A stretch of 64,000 nt of DNA from an uncultured delta proteobacterium (lineage in GTDB: Bacteria; Desulfobacterota; Binatia; UBA9968): NCBI GenBank assembly GCA_963804165.1, contig CAWDPO010000012.1, positions 1-64,000 of the forward strand, given 5' to 3'. Below the pieces are notes generated by a model that saw only the letters and a program-made list of their open reading frames with translations, was not told the origin of the DNA and searched no databases. Position 1 is the stretch's first letter; the number at the start of each line of letters is the position of its first letter. The translations under genes were made by a program, and so were the position numbers. Of this stretch, positions 9,671 to 19,308 are shown piece by piece.

Positions 9671-10651
9671 CTACTTTCGCTCCGGCGTAAAAAAACTATC
9701 CAGCAGTCTCTTGCGCAGCCCTTCTTCGCCGCCCGGCAGACGGTCGAACTTGGTGGTCTGGTCGATTTTCTTCAAGATTCGCCTGCCCTCTTCGTCTTCA
9801 TGCATCGATAGCAGCACTTCTTCCAACTTGCCCACCATGAGCGGCGCCAAGCCCGGGCGGACCGAAACGAGATGACGCGGCAGCTTTTCGGTTTGGCTCA
9901 GCACGGTGACCTCGGCCTTTCGTTTTTCATCGAGACTGGCGTAGTCGTCGTCGCTGATGGTTCCGGCGGCGGCCTGCTTGGTCAAGACCGCCTCCATCAA
10001 CCTGCGTCCCGAATAGGCGAAAAAGTAAGTGGTCTCGTTCGGCGACGCGTAAGGATCGAAGCCACGCTTTTCCACCAGCTTGAAACCGTTGCGCGAAAGA
10101 AACAATTTGGCCAAGAGGTAGCCCGAGGTCGAACCCGGATCTTCGAAGACGATGGTCTTGCCGCGGAGATCGGAGAGCTGTTTTATACCGCCGTCCCGTT
10201 TGGTAATGATCAGGCTTTGATATTCGGCCCGGCCTCCCTTCCAACGGCGCAAGAGGGTTTTTCCCGCGCCATGGACGTAGTTGATGCGGTAAGTCGGATA
10301 GGGGCTTTCCATATAGAAGTCGACCCGACGCTGCTCGAGCAGCTTGGCCATCTCGAAGGTCGTCGGCGCGATCACCACCTTGGACCCGTTTTCCGAGCCG
10401 CGCGACATCCAGTGCGCCACGTACTGGGTAAACTCACGAAAATGCTCTTCGATGGCCGACTTGTTGATTTCCGAGATCACTCCCAAGTTGATCGATTTGG
10501 CCTCGGCGCTCTTCGCCGTCTGCGCGGCGGCGTCTTGCGGCAACGCCGCGACGGCCAAGAACAAGATGAAAATTAAAATGATTCCTGTCCGCGATCTCCC
10601 TCTAGGAAAGATCGTCCGGACGGTCTCTGGGTGATCTTGATAGATCAGCAT
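9671..10651 (-). CDS. PhnD/SsuA-like phosphate/phosphonate ABC substrate-binding protein
   Basis: YQSLII, DLRGKTIVFEDPGSTSGYL. Confidence 0.85.
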   Translation of the reverse strand: MLIYQDHPETVRTIFPRGRSRTGIILIFILFLAVAALPQDAAAQTAKSAEAKSINLGVISEINKSAIEEHFREFTQYVAHWMSRGSENGSKVVIAPTTFEMAKLLEQRRVDFYMESPYPTYRINYVHGAGKTLLRRWKGGRAEYQSLIITKRDGGIKQLSDLRGKTIVFEDPGSTSGYLLAKLFLSRNGFKLVEKRGFDPYASPNETTYFFAYSGRRLMEAVLTKQAAAGTISDDDYASLDEKRKAEVTVLSQTEKLPRHLVSVRPGLAPLMVGKLEEVLLSMHEDEEGRRILKKIDQTTKFDRLPGGEEGLRKRLLDSFFTPERK

Positions 10652-10874
10652 CGGCGCACGTTTTCAAATGCTTTGATTGCCAGCAAACATAACAATGGCA
10701 CATCGGCATATAAAAAAGGACAGGTCGAGATGCCATAATATTTTGAGTCGATTGCTCGATCTGCGCGCTTTTCTTTTCTCCGTGCTTTTCTCCGCCGTTT
10801 TCCCTATAGTCTGCGGAAAGGATCTAATCTGGGAGCGAGACCTGAACATTTTGGACGAGCCTCAGTCCGTCGAT

Positions 10875-11250
10875 TGGAACGACTGGAACGTGTGAAACGG
10901 TTGGAATACGCTTCGCTCTGACTTTGAACATTGAACCTTGAACCTTGAACGAATTGATCAGTTAACGTTTTGAACGGACCACGGACTCGATCCGGAGGGA
11001 TGAACGTTTTGAACGGCTGGAACGGAACGATTCCCATCGAGCCGGTCATGCGTGAGGCTAGCCGAACCATTTGAACGGTCTTACGCATTACCTTGAACAT
11101 TGAACCTGGAACATTGAACCACCATGCGTTGGAACGATTGGAACGTAGCGAAGCGGTGAAACGTTTGGAACCGGCGTTAGCCTGTTTAACGGCTTGAACG
11201 ATTTGAACGTGTCTCAGAAGTTATTGAACCTTGAACTTTGAACCGGCGTT
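10875..11250 (+). repeat. TTGAAC mosaic tract
   Basis: Contains the GGAACGTGTGAAACGGTTGGAAYACGCTTCGCTCTGACTTTGAAC module also found at 29216 and 45863. Confidence 0.85.
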
Positions 11251-11269
11251 AGCCCTATGGAGGAAAGCT

Positions 11270-12412
11270 ATGAAGCGCAGCACTAATCACATCCTCACCA
11301 CCCACACCGGGAGTCTGCCCCGTCCGACGGACCTAGTGGACATGGTGCTGCGCAAGGAACAAAAGCAGTCAGTCGATGAAGACGTCCTTGCCATGCGCGT
11401 CCGCGCTGCGGTCGCGGCGGTGGTGCGCAGGCAGGCCGAGGTCGGGGTCACCGTCCTCAATGACGGCGAGCAAGGCAAACCCGGTTACTCGACTTACATG
11501 AAAGACCGCCTGACCGGGTTTGCGGGTGAAAGTCCCGTTGCCGCCGTGTCAGGCGAAGCCAATGACTTCCCGGAGTACACCGCCCGCCGCGCGGGAAGAG
11601 CGGCCCCCAAGCGCCCCGCGTGCATCGGCCCCATCGCTTGGAAGGATCGAGAAGCCATGCTGAAGGACATTGAAAACCTGCAGGCCGCGGTCAAAGAGGT
11701 CGAAGCCGAAGAGGTATTCATGACCGCCGCCTCGCCCGGCGTGGTGCCGCACTTCATGAAAGACCAATACTACGGGAGCGAGGAGAAGTATCTATACGCC
11801 CTGGCGGAAGCGTTGAAAGAAGAATACGACGCCATCCATCGCGCCGGCTTCGTGCTCCAGGTGGACTGCCCCGATTTGTGCATGAGCCGCCACAACCGCT
11901 TTTCCGACCTGAGCACAAAAGAGTTCAAAAAGATCGCCGAGCTTCACGTGGCGGCCCTCAATCACGCCTTGCGGGACATTCCCGCTGATCGGGTGCGCCT
12001 GCACATGTGCTGGGGCAACTACGAAGGTCCGCACCACCTGGATATCCCGCTCACGGAAATCATCGACGTAGCGCTAAAGGCCAAAGTCGGCGCGCTCTCC
12101 TTCGAGGGCGCCAACCCCAGACACGAGCATGAGTGGGTCGTCTTCAAAGAGTTTCATCTCCCTGATGGCCTGGTCATCATTCCAGGTGTCATTGATTCCA
12201 CGACCAATTTCATAGAGCACCCGGAGCTTGTCGCGCAGCGCATTGTCCGCTACGCAGAGGTCGCGGGCCGCGAGAACGTTATCGCGGGCACGGACTGCGG
12301 CTTCGGCACCTTCGTGCGCGCAGAGCCGACGATCGATCCGCGCATCGCGTGGGCCAAGCTCAAGTCGCTAGCCGAGGGCGCCGCTATCGCCTCAAACCGA
12401 CTTTGGAACTAG
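11270..12412 (+). CDS. Cobalamin-independent methionine synthase II family protein
   Basis: TTHTGSLPRP, NDGEQGK, LHMCWGNYEGPH, GTDCGFGT; RBS GGAGG. Confidence 0.9.
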   Translation: MKRSTNHILTTHTGSLPRPTDLVDMVLRKEQKQSVDEDVLAMRVRAAVAAVVRRQAEVGVTVLNDGEQGKPGYSTYMKDRLTGFAGESPVAAVSGEANDFPEYTARRAGRAAPKRPACIGPIAWKDREAMLKDIENLQAAVKEVEAEEVFMTAASPGVVPHFMKDQYYGSEEKYLYALAEALKEEYDAIHRAGFVLQVDCPDLCMSRHNRFSDLSTKEFKKIAELHVAALNHALRDIPADRVRLHMCWGNYEGPHHLDIPLTEIIDVALKAKVGALSFEGANPRHEHEWVVFKEFHLPDGLVIIPGVIDSTTNFIEHPELVAQRIVRYAEVAGRENVIAGTDCGFGTFVRAEPTIDPRIAWAKLKSLAEGAAIASNRLWN

Positions 12413-12429
12413 CAGGCATCACAGGGGCC

Positions 12430-12565
12430 GGTTCAAAGTTCAAGGTTCAAAGCCTTGCGGCGGTTCAAGGTTCAACCGTTCAAACGTGCAAGGACATACT
12501 CTCAGGTGTTCCAGCCGTTCCAATGGTTCAAATGGGGATCGTTCCGTTCAAAACGTTCAAGCCGT
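12430..12565 (-). repeat. Inverted-orientation tract (GTTCAA on +)
   Basis: GTTCAAAGTTCAAGGTTCAA..., the only tract in this polarity. Confidence 0.8.
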
Positions 12566-12576
12566 CAGTCCGAAAA

Positions 12577-12785
12577 ACGTTTTGAACGGAGCGAAGCGAT
12601 TGAACGGTAGATTCCGGTCATGGTGAGCTTGTCGAACCATTTTAACGCTCCGCGTCTTCCTTGAACTTTGAACCTGGAACCTTGAACCACCATGCGAAGC
12701 GGTGAAACGACTGGAACCGGCGTTAGCCTGTTTAACGTCGTGAACGGAGCAAAGCGGTTGAACGACTTGAACGTTTTGAACGGGC
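12577..12785 (+). repeat. TTGAAC mosaic tract
   Basis: Opposite polarity to the adjacent tract 12430-12565. Confidence 0.8.
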
Positions 12786-12799
12786 TTCAGTATTCCTGC

Positions 12800-13843
12800 T
12801 TACCTGCGTGGTGGCAGGGGATCCATTCCAGCGATGGTTTTAAAAACTCTGACGACCTCGGTATCCCGCGGCAGCTCCGCGACAAGGTTCTGCTGGTCTT
12901 CCGGCATGAGTGGCGTCGGAAGAACTCCAAGAAGTTTTTTGTATTGTTCGTGAAATTGGCGATCTTCGTAAGACCTGCGAAAGGCTTGCCTGAGGATCTC
13001 GACGAGTTTCTCCGGTGTGCTTGGTGGCAGATAAACTAGCGTTCCGACTCCCCAAAAAATCCGCGACATGAGCAGAACTTGGCTCTCTATTTCAGACCGC
13101 ACGAAAGCCTCGATTTCAGGCAAATCGGCAAATTGACGGGGACGATGTCCTTTGGGAATCTCTAGAATCGCATGGAAATCGACGAGCTTTTTGTATCCCT
13201 CTGACATCGATACCGTGTCGACCGCGACCGCTCTAGCATCGATTTCACCTCGCTCCAAGCCGGGATCCAACTCAGTTCCTGCATAGCCCACCACAAATTT
13301 CGAATCTTTGAGACCTAAAAGCCAAGCGAACAACCGGCCGCGAATGTACTGCACGTGGCCCACCGATTGGGCGCCGATTCTGAGCCCCGAAGCAGCGCGC
13401 AGCTTTTCCAGGTTGTTTATGCCGAGAACTTTTCGGGTGGCAAAAATATTATTGTTCTCGCTGAAAGGGGACCCGAGATAGATAAACTTGTAAGGATTAT
13501 ATTCCACACCCGGCTCGCCGAGTATGGCGCTTGCGAGCACGCCCGGAGAGCTGGCGCCGATCGTCAGTCCCTCCGCCTTTGCCCTATACACGTAATTGGC
13601 CGCCTGTCGGCCCCCTCCTCCAGGCATATATTCTGGAAGGACAGTTGGATTCCCAGGAATATACTTTTGCAGAAAGGGCAGGATAGCTTTAGTTCTTAAG
13701 TCTCCTAGACCTCCAGGACTGCGCCCTTCGATAACGGTAATTGTCTTCCCCTTGTAATAAAGCGGTTGGGTGCTGCTGTCCTTTGGGAACAAGAGAATAA
13801 ATGCCCAAAAACCGAATCCGAGCCAACGGCTAAGGCGTCTCAT
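12800..13843 (-). CDS. Bug/TctC-like tripartite tricarboxylate transporter substrate-binding protein
   Basis: YYKGKTITVI..SPGG..D, IPGNP...MPGGGGRQAAN, LERGEID; GGAGG before ATG 13843. Confidence 0.8.
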   Translation of the reverse strand: MRRLSRWLGFGFWAFILLFPKDSSTQPLYYKGKTITVIEGRSPGGLGDLRTKAILPFLQKYIPGNPTVLPEYMPGGGGRQAANYVYRAKAEGLTIGASSPGVLASAILGEPGVEYNPYKFIYLGSPFSENNNIFATRKVLGINNLEKLRAASGLRIGAQSVGHVQYIRGRLFAWLLGLKDSKFVVGYAGTELDPGLERGEIDARAVAVDTVSMSEGYKKLVDFHAILEIPKGHRPRQFADLPEIEAFVRSEIESQVLLMSRIFWGVGTLVYLPPSTPEKLVEILRQAFRRSYEDRQFHEQYKKLLGVLPTPLMPEDQQNLVAELPRDTEVVRVFKTIAGMDPLPPRR

Positions 13844-14259
13844 TTCTACCCTCCGCGCCTTCATTTGTATCGACCGATTGTTCGACCGCGGTGCGTAAGC
13901 AGGGCAAGCCGGACTTGTCAAAAAGTTGCCCGCCTCCACAAGTTTAGCTAGGGACTTATTCCGGTTCTGAAAGTCGTGTCAAGAGGTGTGAAAACAACCC
14001 TTGAACCACCACGTGTCTGGAACGTTTGGAACCGGCGTTAGTCTGTCTAACGTCTTGAACGGAGTGAATCCTTCGACGGCTGTGCACCTCCCTCCCTTGG
14101 CGCCGCAATAATTCTATTCGAGACCGTCCTGTATTGAACGGTAATCGTTCCCGGCTCGGTGCACGATGTACATCGAATAGCGTTTATCTATACGAGCGCC
14201 ATTTCAAACGAAGTTAAAACATCATTAGAGGCCCGCATAAACCCAGGAAAGGGGCGAAC

Positions 14260-14664
14260 ATGAAAACTATGATTCGTGGACTAACGTTAGTTTCGGTTAT
14301 TTTAATTGCGGCCTGCGTGGCTAGCGCCACTCAATCGCCGGGTCGTTGGGAGCTTTTGGGTCACCGCGGAGGTGGATTTCAAAAATGATCACGACCGGAT
14401 CGATGTGGGCCGAAGCGAGGGCCGATTCAAACAGATTCAGGTCAGGGTTAAAAATGCGCCGATCGAAGTCTCTCTGATATGGTCGTGACATTTGCCAACG
14501 ATGAAACCTTCAAGCCCAAATTGCGTCATAAATTCACGGAAAAATCCGCCCGCCGTCTCATCGACCTCCCCGGCGAACGGCGAACCATCAAGCGAATCGA
14601 TTTCAATTACAAAAGCATCAACCGCCGCGAAGGCCAAGGAACCGTTGAGGTGCTCGGGCGTTAG
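14260..14664 (+). pseudogene. DUF2541-like exported protein with two frameshifts
   Basis: MKTMIRG...WELLGHR / EVDFKNDHDRIDVG...IEVS / DMVVTFANDE...IDLPGERRTIKRIDF, spread over shifted frames. Confidence 0.6.
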
Positions 14665-14686
14665 TAAATCACAAGAGGATTCCTAA

Positions 14687-14899
14687 ATGAAATCCACGAA
14701 ATTAATCGGTTCACTCGTCATTTTATTCGCCTCGTTCATTGGCTGCACCGCAGCCCCCGACCGCATCCTATTGAAGGAACGAGGAGATGATAATCGCTGT
14801 CACATGAAAATCGAGACTTACGGCGATCCCAAGATGCCAACGGAACGAGAAGTTGTCGATTATTACGGGCCGTGTGATGAACGGCCATCGAAAAGATGA
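14687..14899 (+). CDS. Small lipoprotein (70 aa)
   Basis: Lipobox FIGC; conserved CHMK and YYGPCD; degenerate copy at 53879. Confidence 0.7.
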   Translation: MKSTKLIGSLVILFASFIGCTAAPDRILLKERGDDNRCHMKIETYGDPKMPTEREVVDYYGPCDERPSKR

Positions 14900-15204
14900 G
14901 ACCACCCGCCCCCGTAGTCACCCTGTAAGATCAGGCTTTTCACGCATTTTCACCGGGTCGGACCGCGAACCGGCGTTAGCCTGTAACATCTTGAACGGAA
15001 TGAAACGATTGAACGTTTTGAACTACTTGAACGGTGCGCTTCTGTCGGTTGTCCGTTGCCACGGTTAATGACGTGGTAGGCGTAACCACCCTGTTGTCCT
15101 CTAGGAATTCTCGGCACGAAGCGCTTCTAACACACGCGCGATGGGCCTTTCAATGAAAAAGTAGCCTGGTCCCCTTTTCTTATTTTGAGCTTCATCTGTT
15201 CCAG

Positions 15205-15795
15205 CTAACGGTGTGCGGGAAGGTTCAATGACGGCTGCCATTGGCCTCCGCGCCTGCTTGCACCTTCCTCGTCGTGCGGAAATGATGACCGCACTCGTGT
15301 TGCGCTTTCTCTTAAGTCTCCGATGGACCGGTCATGCGGTTCCTCAAAAACTCGCGGGTGCGTTTGGTGAAAAATCCAATATGCGCCGGAAACTATAAAT
15401 GCAATAATGCCGAAAGAAATCCAGAATCCCCAAAGCCAAATGGGCTGCCAGGCCAACTGCGATTCTGCAGTAGCGATTTTTTTCTCCAAATCACTGCTTT
15501 TGCTTTCAAGCTTTCCAATCCGCGCATCTTTTTTGGCCAGTTCTTCTTCCAGCGTCTTACTCTCTACATATGAGCGAAGCGGCAGTTTCAGCTTCTGGCC
15601 TATTTGGAGATTGCTCTCCAAAACCCCGGGATTGTGTTTTTTAATTTCTTCCTTGGGAATTTCGAGAGTCGTCGCAATGATATCAAGATTGTCGCCGGCT
15701 CGCACCTTCCATGGTTGACTCTCGGCAGCCGCTGGCATAGGCGAAGCAACAAAAAGAGAATAGAGAATGAAAAGAAGAAAAAGAATTCTCTCCAT
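15205..15795 (-). CDS. LysM-domain protein with coiled coil and TM helix
   Basis: KVRAGDNLDIIA...IKKHNPG...LQIGQKLKLP. Confidence 0.8.
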   Translation of the reverse strand: MERILFLLFILYSLFVASPMPAAAESQPWKVRAGDNLDIIATTLEIPKEEIKKHNPGVLESNLQIGQKLKLPLRSYVESKTLEEELAKKDARIGKLESKSSDLEKKIATAESQLAWQPIWLWGFWISFGIIAFIVSGAYWIFHQTHPRVFEEPHDRSIGDLRESATRVRSSFPHDEEGASRRGGQWQPSLNLPAHR

Positions 15796-16188
15796 ATAGT
15801 TTCCTTTCTCGCACCTAAAGACTCTCGCGCGATCACCACATTGATTAAAAGACTAACAGGCGCGCCTAGTGCTCCGCTAGACCCGTTCGAGAACGAGAGT
15901 TGATACCCTGAAAGTATTTTCAGGTACCGGTGACTACTGCTAATGCTGCGATGGTGATAACAACAAGACCGATGTTTGCCCTGTCGGGATCGTCAAATGA
16001 AGATCGCATTCTGCCGTCGCCACGAGCAACACCGCTATGCAGTGGTCGAGGGTCAGTATCTGAGAAATTTTCTGGTCAAACTAACCGAGCAGAAACACAC
16101 TTCGCGAAGTGGTCACCTACGGCATGCGAGTTTTAGCAAGGCCCAGTGAGGCCATCGCACTCCCTCTACTCCGCTTCTTCCGTAAGGG

Positions 16189-18227
16189 GTAGGGTCGAGG
16201 ACTGGCGCGGTGTCTCGAAGGTGAAGCCTATCCGTTCGCCGTCTCTTTCGTTTGACGGTGCCTCACTAGCCCCACCGTAAATCCGTTTCCAGCCCCCGCC
16301 GCATCAAACCGGACGTGACCCTTTCGGTCATCCGGCTTTCCTGAGCCTGTTCATCTTAAGGCGTCATCTGCCTAGTGTGCCGGAGAAACTTTCACGGGAG
16401 ACCGGTAGAAGTACTGGACACGATAATCGTTGACCAATCCCCACTCTTTGTAGATCGCCTCGTTACTCCATCTCTTCCAGCCACAGCCACGGCGGCCTTT
16501 CTGCTTCATCGCAAATCGGCGTATCTTCCTCATCATTTCAAAGCGTATCCAGCCAAACGCTCGGCGCGCGTTGCCCACTCGAAAGTAATTGATCCAGCCC
16601 ACAATCACAGGCCGGATCTGATCCAGCACATCCCTGAGCTTCCGATGCCGGGAAAATTTCAAAATTCTCCCGACACGCTTAACCAGGTCGCTCTGCTTCT
16701 TTCTCATCGGCGTACGCAGAACGAATTGCTTACCGAAGCGATTGCGGCCCTCTCTGAGATCAAATCCCAAAAACCCAAAACTCCCGCCACTTGCGTAATC
16801 CACGACCCGCGTCTTCTCGTCGTTGACTTCAACGTCGACCTTCTTCAGCTCTTCTTCCAGCCGCCTCTTGATAACTGCTACGTGCGGCTGCCACTGCGGA
16901 TACCCGTCCACCAAGACGATCATGTCGTCGGCATAACGAGTGTAAATCACCCGCTCCCACTTCCCTTCTCTCCTGCGCTTAACCATCTCCTCTTCCATCG
17001 CCTTGTCCAAGTCATTCAGATACAGATTAGCCAGTAGCGGTGAGAGCACTCCCCCTTGAGGTACTCCTCGCTTGCCGTTGGCCTTCAGAATCTGCTTGAC
17101 CAAGTGCAGGATCGCTGGGTCCTCTATTCTCAGGGCCAGCTTCCGAAGTAAAAGATGATGTCGGATATTGTCGAAGTAACCCTTCAGATCTACATCGATG
17201 ACTTGAGTCAGTCCTTGCACCAGCCCATGTACAACTCGGTCCAATGCCTGATGCGCCGTACGCCGAGGCCGGTAGGCAAATGAACTTATGTGAAAGTCGG
17301 CTTCAAAGATCGGTTCCAGGATAAGCTTTACAGCCCCCTGAATGACGCGATCCTTGATGGTGGGAATTCCAAGCTTGCGGGTCTTGCCGTTCCCCTTGGG
17401 AATCTCTACCCGTCGGTTCTTGCTAGGTTGGTAGGTCCCAGTGAGAAGCTCCTGTCGAATCGCGGCTAGAAACTTCTCCACTCCTTGAGCTTCGATGTCT
17501 TCAAAGCTCATTCCATCGAGACCAGGTGCTCCGTCATTGGCCTTGGCCTCTTGATACGCCACTCTTAGGGTCTCTGCCCTTGTGACCTGGACATAGAGAC
17601 CCCAAAACCGCCACGTCTTCTCGGCTTTCGCCTTACGGTATATCCTTCGCCTCAGTTCTTGCAGATCAACGAAAGGTTTTATCATCCCTTCCCTGCCTCA
17701 CCTTGCGGTCGAAAGAATCAAACTCAGCATGGCCCCTTCGCTCCATCCGCATTACCGGACTTCCTCACTACTACGGGCCAATCCGCCATCCTGTTTGCCT
17801 TCGGTCCTTTTCCTGTGTCCGCAGTTATAGGGCCGATCCTTCTCCAGGAATTTCTCCTGAGGCAAGCAGGACTTCTCCAGTTTCCATCGTGTCCCTGTTA
17901 CCGTGTCGCCGCCAATACCCCGCCGGTGTGATCCATCCCATAAGCCACTTTGAGATGGCTCATACTGTCTTCGCCAAGTATTGATTGGCTCGACCCCCCG
18001 GTTCTTGGCCTTGACGAGGCTTGCTCAGCGTTCACTCACGTTGCAACCCGGTCACTCGCTCATCAGCCTTGCGCTGACTTTGTCGGTAGGCTTCAGCATC
18101 TCGATTGCTCTTAATGCTGCTACTTAAGCTAGGCGGCTTGTGGCTTTTACCGCCGCGGGACTTCCCTCACCTCTCACTTCGATGAGAGTCACCCTATGGA
18201 TCACGACAGCATTTCATCTGGACACAC
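16189..18227 (-). mobile_element. Complete group II intron (IIB-like, no endonuclease domain)
   Basis: 5' GTGTG at 18227; DV AAGCCGGATGACCGAAAGGGTCACGTCCGGTTT; DVI ending CCTCGACCCTAC at 16189; EBS1/IBS1 match. Confidence 0.9.
16372..17685 (-). CDS. ltrA: Group II intron reverse transcriptase/maturase
   Basis: APGLDG, RKLGIPTIKDR, GVPQGGVLSPLLANLYL, RYADD, FLGF, GWINYF. Confidence 0.95.
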   Translation of the reverse strand: MIKPFVDLQELRRRIYRKAKAEKTWRFWGLYVQVTRAETLRVAYQEAKANDGAPGLDGMSFEDIEAQGVEKFLAAIRQELLTGTYQPSKNRRVEIPKGNGKTRKLGIPTIKDRVIQGAVKLILEPIFEADFHISSFAYRPRRTAHQALDRVVHGLVQGLTQVIDVDLKGYFDNIRHHLLLRKLALRIEDPAILHLVKQILKANGKRGVPQGGVLSPLLANLYLNDLDKAMEEEMVKRRREGKWERVIYTRYADDMIVLVDGYPQWQPHVAVIKRRLEEELKKVDVEVNDEKTRVVDYASGGSFGFLGFDLREGRNRFGKQFVLRTPMRKKQSDLVKRVGRILKFSRHRKLRDVLDQIRPVIVGWINYFRVGNARRAFGWIRFEMMRKIRRFAMKQKGRRGCGWKRWSNEAIYKEWGLVNDYRVQYFYRSPVKVSPAH

Positions 18228-18385
18228 CAATACGAAAGCCTGATCCCGGATATGTTCTTGACCTTTGAACATTGATCCGGCGTAAGCCTTTGGATGCTTG
18301 AACGCTTTGAACATTCTCAACGGATCGATCCCCGGATCCTTCAGTAATTGACTATTTTCTCGGGCGTGGTATAGGACTCCCAGCC

Positions 18386-18709
18386 GTGAAGCAAATCATT
18401 ATCGGCGTAATTCTCCTGCTCTTCTTTGCGTCCTCTTCCCTGGGGGGCTTAGAAGAACTTTGTGCCACTGTTGAAGCGGATTCACCAACATCTCTTTGGA
18501 CTCTTGACCACGATTTTTCCTCGGAAAACGCCGCTGGCCGTCGTGCTCTGAAACGGTCACAAAGAGGCAAATCTTCGTTCAAAAACTTTTCCACCGCGGA
18601 CAAACCCGCTCGGGCGATTTCTCTTGTCGTCTGGATAAGAGATAGATCGTTTGTTTCTCATTGCTCCAAGTCGAGCGTTTATCAGCAGACAAGCGTCTAC
18701 AGAATTTAA
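18386..18709 (+). CDS. Hypothetical exported protein
   Basis: Signal-peptide-like N-terminus, GTG start; no motif recognised. Confidence 0.4.
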   Translation: MKQIIIGVILLLFFASSSLGGLEELCATVEADSPTSLWTLDHDFSSENAAGRRALKRSQRGKSSFKNFSTADKPARAISLVVWIRDRSFVSHCSKSSVYQQTSVYRI

Positions 18710-18896
18710 CCCTCTCAAAAGTTCGGCCGTTTGGGGCTACACGCGTCCTCGCTGAACCTGGACGATCTACTCCCCAAAGGTCGCCAACTCACCCGTTCCT
18801 TCTACCGGATCGAGTCTTGCCTGGGCGCGGAAAGCGGAAGCGCCAAGTAAGACCGTCGGAACCCAACCGACGCTACTCTAATGAAAGGATCGAGCC

Positions 18897-19253
18897 ATGC
18901 AGACGCTGGCGCCATTCAAGTTATGGATCTACGTGGCCGTGATTGCCTCGCTGGGCATTGTGAGCGCTTTTTCCATCCCAGCAGCGGCCCCTTCAGCAAG
19001 CCATGCGATCACAGCAATCCGCGTCGCCCACCTGGAACTGTTTTTGGCGAAAATCGCGTTTCGTGATCCCGCTGTCCAGGAAGCCGAGTTTCATCTCAAC
19101 GAGGCTTGGTCGAACCTGACAGATCGGCAGTATGAGCAGTCCGTCTTGGCGGCTTACAAAGCACTTCATCGAGTCACGAACATAGTGGGCGGGGCTTCCC
19201 TGCTCCAGACCGGGCACTGGGATAACCAGAAAGGCGACTCGCCGGAATCCTGA
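18897..19253 (+). CDS. Hypothetical protein with N-terminal TM/signal
   Basis: ORF with RBS-like AAGGA, directly upstream of the ATPase. Confidence 0.5.
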   Translation: MQTLAPFKLWIYVAVIASLGIVSAFSIPAAAPSASHAITAIRVAHLELFLAKIAFRDPAVQEAEFHLNEAWSNLTDRQYEQSVLAAYKALHRVTNIVGGASLLQTGHWDNQKGDSPES

Positions 19254-19308
19254 TACCGGTGATCAAACGATTGTGTGATCTCTAAGAATCTAATTACCGG
19301 GGGGATCT

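Noticed and set aside
9345-11250. CRISPR array (ATTGAAC / GTTCAATCC resemble CRISPR repeat ends)
   Set aside because: No constant-length repeat with unique spacers, the modules recur elsewhere, and there are no cas genes.
16372-17685. Retron, DGR or defence RT as the source of the repeats
   Set aside because: The RT sits within a complete group II intron with DV/DVI and EBS1/IBS1, and no template for the repeats is seen in it.
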